Below, one piece after another: positions 1 to 9,400 of a stretch of 15,082 bases of DNA. Positions within the stretch are counted from its first letter, which is position 1. Every line of letters begins with the position of its first letter. The DNA is from an uncultured delta proteobacterium (lineage in GTDB: Bacteria; Myxococcota_A; UBA9160; SMWR01), in NCBI GenBank assembly GCA_963832165.1, contig CAWHTE010000010.1, positions 1 to 15,082 of the forward strand, read 5' to 3'. The position numbers and the translations under genes are program-made. A model generated the notes under the pieces. It ran no database searches. It saw nothing but the letters and a program-made list of their open reading frames with translations, and had not been told where the DNA came from.

Positions 1-1
1 C

Positions 2-443
2 ATGGACGCCTACTACGCGGCGATGCGCGGCGCGGTCGAGGCGCACGGCGGCACCGTGACGCAGCTGCTCGGCGACGGCGTGAAGGCGGTGTTCGGCGCG
101 CCGCGCGTGACCGAGGACGACGCAATCCGCGCCGTGCGCGCGGCGGTCGCGATGCAGCAGGCGTTCGCGGAGCTCGCGGCAGCGCAGGCCGGCGCGGTCG
201 GCCGCGTTGGACTGCGCGTAGCGGTGAACACGGGCGAGGTGATCGCGAGCAGCGACACCGAGATCATCGGCGATCCCGTCAACGTCGCCGCGCGGCTCCA
301 GGAGCAGGCGCGCGACGGCGACGTCGTGATCGGCGAAGAGACGCGGCGAATCGTCTCCGAGCTCGTGACGCTCGCTCCACTCGGCGTGTTCGCGCTGAAG
401 GGGCGCGCCGAGAGCGTCGCCGCCTATCGCGTCGTCTCGCTCG
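2..443 (+). other. Class III nucleotide cyclase catalytic domain (C-terminal part only)
   Basis: HGGTVTQLLGDGVKAVFG (second metal Asp, D25, nt 74-76); EDDAIRAVRAA; LRVAVNTGEV; EIIGDPVNVAARLQ (transition-state N94/R98); FALKGR. Confidence 0.93.
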
Positions 444-3400
444 ACCGCCCGGCCGGCGCGTCGACGACACCGTTCGTCGGGCGCGAGGCCGAGCTGCGCC
501 GGCTCTTCGCCGTGTACGAGAGCGCGCTCTCCGATCACCGCGCGCGGCTCGCCGTGGTGCTCGGCTCGCCGGGGCTCGGCAAGTCGCGCGTGATTGGCGA
601 GGTGGTGCGCCGGCTCGGCGACAGCGCCACCGTGCTTTCCGCATACTGCGACCGATCGGGCGGCGCCACGTTCGCGCCGATCGCGCGCGCGCTGCAGGCG
701 CTCTTGCATATCGAAGACGGCGCTGACGCCGACAAGCTGCAAGCGGCGCTCGACGCCGTGCTCGCGAGCGAGGAGTCCGATCAGGGCCGGATCGCGAGCG
801 GCATCGCGGCTCTGCTCGCGGGCACGCCGGCCGCTCCCGAGGAGACCTTCTTCGTCGTGCGCCGCTTCCTCGGCGCGATCGCCGCCGCGGGACCCGTAGT
901 GCTGCTGATCGACGACCTGCAATGGGCCGAGCCACTGCTGCTCGACCTCGCCGAGCACCTCGTACAGTGGACCACCGACGCACCGCTGCTCGTGCTCGTC
1001 GCCGCGCGACCCGAGCTGCGCGAGGCGCGCTCCTCGCTCGCGACGCCCGGCGGGCTCGTGGCCGACGTCGTGACGCTCTCGGGTCTCGACGCGCGCGCCG
1101 CGATGGAGCTCGCCGCGAACGCGATCGGCGCAGAGGAGCTGCCCGCGGCGGTCGCGGGGCGCGTGCTCGCGACGAGCGAGGGCAACCCGCTCTTCGTCGG
1201 TGAGCTCGTGCGCATGCTCGTGCAGGACGGAACGCTCGTGCGCGAGGGCGAGGAGTGGAAGGTCGGCGTCGAGCTCGCGAGCCTCGAGATGCCTCCGACC
1301 ATCCAGGCGCTGCTCGCCGCGCGCATCGAGCGGCTGCGACCCGAGGAGCGCACCGTGCTCGAGCGCGCCGCGGTGATCGGGCGCCAGTTCTCGCGCGCGG
1401 CGGTGAAGGAGCTGCTGCCGCGCGAGCTCGCCGACTTCGATCGCCTGCTCGAGTCGCTGCGCCGCAGCGAGCTGGTCGAGCCCGACACCGGCTGGTTCCT
1501 CGGCGAGCCCGCGCTGCGCTTCCACCACGTGCTGATCCGCGACGCCGCCTATCGCCGCCTGCTCAAGAACACGCGCGCCGAGCTGCACGAGCGCTTCGCC
1601 AACTGGGTGGAAGCCCGGGTCGGCGAGGCGGCCGCGCACGACGAGACGCTCGGCTGGCATCTCGAGCAGGCCCATCGCCACCTGCGCGAGCTCGGCCCGC
1701 TCGACGCGCACGGCAAGGCGCTCGGTGAGCGCGCAGCGCGCGTGCTCGCCGAAGCGGGTCGACGAGCGCTCGCGCGCGACGACGTGCCCGTGGCGGCGAG
1801 CCTGCTCGGCCGCGCGCTCTCGGCGATCGACGAGACGGATCCGACGCGCGCCGAGCTCGCGCTCGACTGGTGCGAGGCGCTGCTCGCAGCGGGCGAGGTC
1901 GGCGCCGCGGGAGCCGCGATCGACGAGCTCGGCAAGCACATCGATGAATCGCCGCGCCTGCGCGCGTGGCACACCTGCTTCGCGGGCGAGCGCGCCGCGC
2001 TCGTCGATCCGCAGTCGCTGCGCGCAACCGTCGATTCGGTGGCCGCGGCCGCCGAAGTGCTCGCGGGAGCCGGAGACGCCGCGGGCGAGGCAAAAGCACA
2101 CTTCGTGCACGCGATCGCGTTGTCGCGGCTCGGCCGCATCGGCGCGTGCGAGGCCGCGCTCGACCGCGCGCTCGCCGCCGCGCGGCGCGGTCCCGGTCGC
2201 GACCGCCGGCGCGCCAACGCGGTTCTCTCGGGCGCGCCGCAGGCCGCGCTCTGGGGTCCGTCGCCGGTCACGCGCGCCTCCGGTCGCTGCCTCGACGTCG
2301 TGCGCGTGCTGCGCATCACGCAGGGCGCGCCCGCGGTCGAGGCGATCGCGCTGCGCTGTCAGGGCGTGCTCGAATCGCTGCGCGGCCGCAGCGATGCGGC
2401 GCGGCGCATGATCGCGACGTCGCGCCGGATGGTGGAGGAGCTCGGAATCACGCAGCGGCTGCTCGAGGCCGAGATGTTCGCGGGGCAGATCGAGCTGATC
2501 GAGGGCAATCCCGCCGCCGCCGAAGAGCGCCTGCGCCCGGCCTATCAGGGACTGCGCGAGCACGGGCTCGGGATCGACGCGGCGCAGGCCGCCGCGGCGT
2601 TGGGCCGCGCGCTGCTCGCGCAGGACCGCGCCGCCGAGGCCGAGACGCTCTCGCACGAGAGCGAGTCGCTCGCGGGCGACGATCTGCGCGCGGCGGTCGC
2701 GTGGCGCGGCGTACGCGCGGAGGCCCTCGCGCGGCGCGGCGAACACGCGCAGGCGATCGAGTTCGCGCGCGCGGCCGTCGAGATCGCGGCCGCCACCGAC
2801 GCGCTGCTCGTACACGCCGATGCGCGCGTGGCGCTCGCCACCGCGCTGCGCGCGGCGGGCCGCAGCGCGGAGGCCGCCGCCGAGGACAAGCGCGCGGTCG
2901 AGCTCTGGCAGGCGAAGGGCGCGACGCTGCTCGTCGAGCGCGCGCGGCGGGAAGGAGCGCGCGCGATCGAGCCTGTGGCGCCGGCGCCGGTCGAACCCAT
3001 CGCCGTGCGCCCCGCGTCCGGTCGCGTGCTCGAAAACGCTGCCACCGCGAATGTCGCTCGCGCCGAGGCGGCGATTGCGAGACGCGACCTCGACGCGTTC
3101 GCGGCGCAATTCTCCGACGACTTCGAAGCCACCAACAACCCCAATCATTTGCCCCACGATCGTGCCGCGATGGTCACCACCATGCGCATCTTCCTGAAGG
3201 CGGATGCCCCCTCCAATCGGCACGAATCGCTCGCGACGATCGGTGACTCGCTCGCGCTGTGCCGGTTCCGGCTCGCGGCGGAAGGGAGCGGCGACTCGCT
3301 CGATGCGGGCGCGTACGAGGTCGAGTTCCTGAGTGTCATCGAGGTCGACGCTCACGGGATCCGCACCCGATCCGAGACCTTCACGAACGACCAGCTCAGC

Positions 3401-6400
3401 AATGCGATCGCGCGCTTGTACGAGCGCTACGCGGAGCTGCTGCCCGAAGGCCTCGAGCGCGAGCGCGCTGCGGCGACTGCGCGATCGGTCGCAGTGGTCC
3501 TGGCTCCGCTCGATGCCGACCGCTGGGCTTCGGTGATCTCGCCGTCGATCTCGTGGGCCGCCCAGGGACCAACAGCCCCCCCGGCCGGCCGGGGCGCGGA
3601 CACGCTCATTCCGGCGATCCGTCGCTACCTCGAGATCGGTGCGATCGCCGCGGACCGGACCGATGAGATCCTCGCGCTCCGACCGAACGGGCTGCTCCGA
3701 CTCCTCAAGAACTTCGGCACCGACCGCGCCGGCGGCGGCACGTGGGAGCAGCACCATCTCTCTCTCGGCGTGTTCGGGGCCGACGGGCTGCTGACTCACA
3801 CCGAGATGTGGGAGCCCGATCACGCCGCCGACGCGCTCGCGCGCTTCGACGCGCTGACCGCCGAGCCGACGCGCCCCGTCCGACGAGTGCGGCCGAACGC
3901 CGCCACCGCGAACGTCGCACGCGTCGTCGCGGCGATCGCAGCGCAGGACGAAGCAGCGCTGCTCGACTCCTTCCGGGACGTCTTCGGGGAAGGCTTCGAG
4001 GCGATCGACCACACCACGGGTGTCACCTACGACCAGTCCGGACAGATCGCGACGCTGCGTTCGCTGCTTCACGCTCGCGAGCCCCGATTCCACGCTGAAC
4101 CGCTGGCCACGCTCGGCGACTCGCTGGCGCTGATCCGCGTCTCGACATCCGCGAAGGGGTTCGCGGGCAGCAGCTTCGACATCGCGGACTTCGAGCGAGC
4201 GGAGATCAGTCTGGCCGAAACCGACTCGGATGGGCGCGGAAAGCGACACGAGCTCTTCGCGCCCGACCATCTCGGCGACGCGATCGCGCGCTTGTACGAG
4301 CGCTATGCCGAGCGGCTTCCCGCCGGCCCAGAGCGCGAGCTCGCCGCATCGACCGCGCGGTCCGTCGCCGCATCGTTGCAGGCTGGAAGCAATCCGGACG
4401 GCTGGGCGCCCGTCCTCTCCCCGGCGCTCGAGTGGATCGATCATCGGTCGGCGGCCTACCCGAGCGGTCGTGGCGCCGAACGCTACATGCAGGGCGTGCG
4501 CGTGTGGCGCGATACGGCCGAGGCGCTCACCCACCGCATCGACGACGTCCTCGCCGCGCAGCCCGACGCGATCCTGTTCCGAACGACCGTCGGAGGGATC
4601 GATCGACGCACCCAGGGCGCCTTCGAGCGCGAGCAGCTCAACCTCTGCACGTTCGGGCCCGACGGTCTGGTGACTCGACAAGAGACCTTCGAGCCCGACC
4701 GCGCCGCCGACGCCCTCGAGCGCTTCGACGCGCTGACGGCCGAGCACCCGCGTCCGGCGCGCCGCCACGTCCTCGAGAACGCGGCGACGGCGAGCCTCGC
4801 GCGTGTGGATGCGGCGATCACGCGCGGAAACCGCGAAGAGCTCGAAACGCTGCTCGCCGACACCTTCGAAAGCGTCGATCACGTCAATCACCTCGCCCTC
4901 GACCGCGCTGCAATGCTCCGGACCTGGCGCGTCGTCGGCACCTCGGATTCCGGGTCGTACCGATCCGAGCAGCTCGCCGCGCTGGGTGATTCGCTCGCGC
5001 TGTGCCGCATGCAGGTTTCCGCGCGAGGCAGTGATCGGTCGATCGATGCCGGTGCCTACGACCTGGAACGACTGGTCCTCCTGGAAGCGGATTCGCGCGG
5101 AAGGCGCACGCGAAGCGAGGTCTTCGCGACCGATCACCTCGGCGACGCGGTCGTGCGGCTGTACGAGCGCCATGCCGAACTCCTGCCCGCCGGCCCCGAG
5201 CGCGACCGCGCCGCGGCGACCGCGCGCTCGGCTGCCACGCTTCGGGAATACCCCGATCGTTGGCTTTTCTCGGCCGATGTCGAGGTCGTCGACCATCGCA
5301 CCGTCGGCATCGAACCCGTGCGCGGGCGCGAAGCTGTGATGCGCACGATTCGAGCGATGATCGACCTCATTGAATCCACATCCATGGCAAGCTGGGACGA
5401 CATCGTCGCCCTGCGGCCCGACGGGCTCGTCGCGCTTCGAACGCATTCGGGCACGGACCGCACGAGCGGGGGCAAGTTCGAGCGTCCTATTTGCTCGCTG
5501 ATTCTCTTCGGAGAGGACGGCCTGATCACACGCTGGGAGCGCTTCGAGCCCGATCGTGCCGCGCACGCACTCGCGCGCTTCGACGCGCTCACCGCCGAGC
5601 CGGCGCGCCCCACGCGCCGGCGCGTCCTCGAGAACGCAGCGACGGCGAACCACGACCAAGCCGAGTCCGCGCTCGCGAGCCGAGACATCAACGCGTTCGC
5701 GGCACTGCACGCCGATGCCTACGCGGCCGTCGATCGGGTCAATCGCCTGACCCACGATCGCGCTGCCATGATCGACAGCTTCCGGATGCTGTTCACAGCG
5801 ATCGCCCCCAGCTATCGGCACGAGACGTTCGCAACTCTCGGTGATTCGCTGGCGCTGAGCTTGTTGCGGGTGGCCGCGCAGGGAAGCGGTGACGCGCTCG
5901 ACGCAGGAGCGTATGAGTACGAGAGGCTGTTTCTGTTCGAGGTCGATGCGCAGGGACGGCGCACGCGATCCGAAGGATTCGCGACGGATCAGCTCGGCGA
6001 CGCGGTCGTGCGCTTGTACGAGCGCTATGCCGAGCTCTTGCCGGCCGGTCCCGAGCGCGAGGGCGCGGCGGCCACCGCGCGCGCCGTCGCCACGGTGCTC
6101 GCTCCGCTCGATCCCGACCGCTGGACCGCGGTGCTGTCGCCGGACATCCGGTTCCGCGATCATCGCTCCGGCGCCTTCCCATCGGGACGCGGAGAGGATT
6201 TCGTACAGGCGCTCGGCACCTACGTCGCGACGGGAACGGTGAGTACCTCCCGGACCGACGACGTTCTGGCGCTCGAGCCGCACGCGCTCCTCGCGCAAAC
6301 GACGGCGGGCGGCACGAATGCCGAGGGCGGCGACTGGGAACGAGTCCAGCTCTGTCTCGCGGTGTTCGAAACCGATGGTCGCCTGATCCGCTTCGAGTGC

Positions 6401-9400
6401 TTCGAGCCCGACCGCGTCGCCGACGCGCTCGCGCGCTTCGACGAGCTGACCGCGCAACGCGCGCGCCCCACGCGCCGGGTGAGGCGGAACGCCGCGACGG
6501 CGTGGCACGACCGAAGCTCCGCTGCCACCAACGCGCGCGACACCGATGCGTTTCCGGACTTCTACGCCGATGACTACGAGATGATCGAGCACACGACCGG
6601 GGCGACGTACGACCGCACCGCACAGCTCACCATGTATCCCCTGCTGTTCCAGGCCCGCGATCTGACGTACCGGCAAGAGCCGCTGGCAGCGCTCGGCGAC
6701 TCACTCGCATTGAGCCGCGGGTCGTTCTCGGCGAGCGGATCGAGCGGCCGACGTTTCGATGTCGGCGCGTACTCCGCCGATCCGTTGATCGTGACCGAGG
6801 TGGACGCGAACGGACGAGCGCGACGCAACGAGCTGTTCGCCAGCGACCGGCTCGGCAACGCGATCATCCGGCTCTACGAGCGTTATGCCGACCTTCTTCC
6901 CGCTGGCCCCGAGCGCGAGCGCGCCGCGTTGATCGCACGCGCGGTCGCCGCGGGAATGTCCGTGCCCGACGTGGACCGCTGGGGCCCGCTGATCTCGCCC
7001 GAGGTTTCCTACATCGACCACCGGTCGGCGGGGTTCCCGTCGGGGCACGGAGTGGAGGGCTTCCGCCGGGCCCTGCGCGTGTGGGTCGAGACGGCCGAGA
7101 ACTTCACCCCGCGCGTCGACGACCTGCTCGACGTGCGCGCCGACGCGATCCTATTCCGATCGACGAACTCCGGCACCGATCGCACCAGCGGCGGCGTATT
7201 CGAACGCACGCAGGCGACGATCTGGATCTTCGGAGCCGACGGCCTCCTGGCGCACGTCGAGGTATTCGAGCCCGAGCGCGAGGCCGAGGCGCTCGCGCGC
7301 TTCGACGAGCTGACGTCGGCTCCGCCGCGCCCCGCGCGCCGCGTGCGACCGAACGCCGCGACCGCGAGCCAGAGCCGCATCACCGCCGCGATCTCCTCGC
7401 GCGACATCGATGCGCTTCTGGCTCTCTACGACGAAGCCTACGAGGCGATAGAGCACACGACCGGCGCGGTCTACGGCTACCAGGAGAACGCCGCCGGCCT
7501 ACGCCTGCTCTTCCAGGCGCGGGATCTCGAGTACCACTCGGAAACGCTGGCCACGCTCGGTGACGCGCACTCGCTGGCCCGCGTCTCGATGTCGGCGAGC
7601 GGATCGGGCGGCCGCCGTTTCGATGTGGGTGCGTACGAGACCGATCACCTGACGTTGAACGAGGTCGCCGCGGACGGACGCACGCGCCACGTCGAGCTGT
7701 TCGCAGGCGATCGGCTCGGCGACGCGATCGCCCACCTGTACGAGCGCTATGCCGAGCTGCTCCCCGCCGGCGCCGAGCGCACACGCGCCGCGGCGATCGC
7801 GCGCTGGATTCCGCTGACGCTGTCGCCCGTGCCCGAGCACCAGGGCGAGCAGTGGGGCAGCGGGTACGGGTTCGCCGATCACCGCGCATTGATCCAGCTG
7901 CCCGCCGGACGCGGAGCCAAAGAGCTGCGCAAGCGCGTCGAGCAGTGGTTCGCGGGCATCGACGATTACTCCCAGTTTCCAATCGACGTGCTCGACGTGC
8001 GACCCGAGGGTCTGCTCGCGCGCTCGGTCGAGCGCGGCCTCGATCGCACCACCGGCGGAGCCTTCGAGGGCGAGTTCCTGGCACTCAACCTGTTCGGCGA
8101 CGACGGCCGGCTCATTCGAACCGAGATGTTCGACGCCGACGCCGCGGCCGCCGCGCTCGCGCGCTTCGCGGAGCTGACCCGTGCACCGGCCCTAGCGCCG
8201 CTGCTCGCCAATCTCGCCACGCGCTCGCTCGATCGGATGAGCACCGCGTGGCAGGCGCGCGACTGGAAGCTCGCCTCGGCGCACTTTGCACCGGGTTACC
8301 AGCTCTTCGACCGCCGCTCGGTCGTGCGCGGCGACGAGGGGAGAGGCGACCACCTCGACACGCTGCGCGCGATGTTCGAGATGAGCGGGTCTCGCCTCAC
8401 CATGGACGTGCTCGCCACGCGCGGCGAGCGGCTCGCACTCGCGCGCGTACTGTTCGAGGGCGCCGCTCCGGATGCCGGCACGAGCGAGTTCGAGTGGCTG
8501 ATGGTCACGGAGGTGGACGCGGCCGGCGATCGCCTCGCAAACGTGATGTTCGATCCCGACGCGCTCGACGCCGCACACGCCGAGCTCGACGCGCGCTTCG
8601 CCGCGGGTGAAGCGGTTCAACATCCGCTGATCGGACGGGCGTTGGGACGTCTGCAGCGCGCGCTCTACCGGCGTGACTGGGAGCAGCTCGCCGACGCGTT
8701 CCCCGCGGACTTCGTCCTCGAAGATCACCGCCGCCTCGGATGGGCAACGCTGCGCGGCGACGAGTACGTCGCCTATGCGCGTTCGCTGGCCGAGCTGCGG
8801 CCGGACTCCGCCCCGCGCGTGCACCACATCGAGCTCGCGGGCCGCGCCGCGCTCTGCATCGGCGGCTGGTTCGGCAGCGAGGCCGAAGGCGCATTCGAGA
8901 TTCCGATGGTCAGCGTGCTCGTTGCGGGACCCGATGAGCGCATCCAGCGCTGGCACATCTGGGGACCGGAGCGGCTCGACGCCGCGCGCGCGCGCTTCGC
9001 GGAAGTGTGCGCGGAGCGCGATCCGCTGCTGATCCCGCCCAACGCCGCGTCGCGCGCGGGCAACGGCATCCTTGCCGCGCTCGCGGCTCACGACACTGCC
9101 GCGGTGCGCGCGTACGCGAGCAACGACTTCGTTTACGACGATCGCGGCAAGCGCGCACTCACGAGCGGCGGCATCGAGCAGTGGATCCAGAGCATCGAGT
9201 TCTACCAGTCACAAGGCGTGCGGACGGGCCGTGAGCTGATCGGAACGCGCGGTGATCGAATCGAGATCGTGCGCGTTACCTGGACCGGAATGCCGGGCGG
9301 GAGTGAGTTCGAGATCGAGTTCGTCTCGCTCTTCGAAGTTGACGCGGAGGGCAAGCTCTGCGCGGTGATCCGCTTCGATGCCGACGATCGACGTTCCGCG

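Noticed and set aside
2..4. ATG at position 2 as the true start of the giant gene
   Set aside because: It falls inside the cyclase domain, and the N-terminal strand with the first catalytic Asp is missing.
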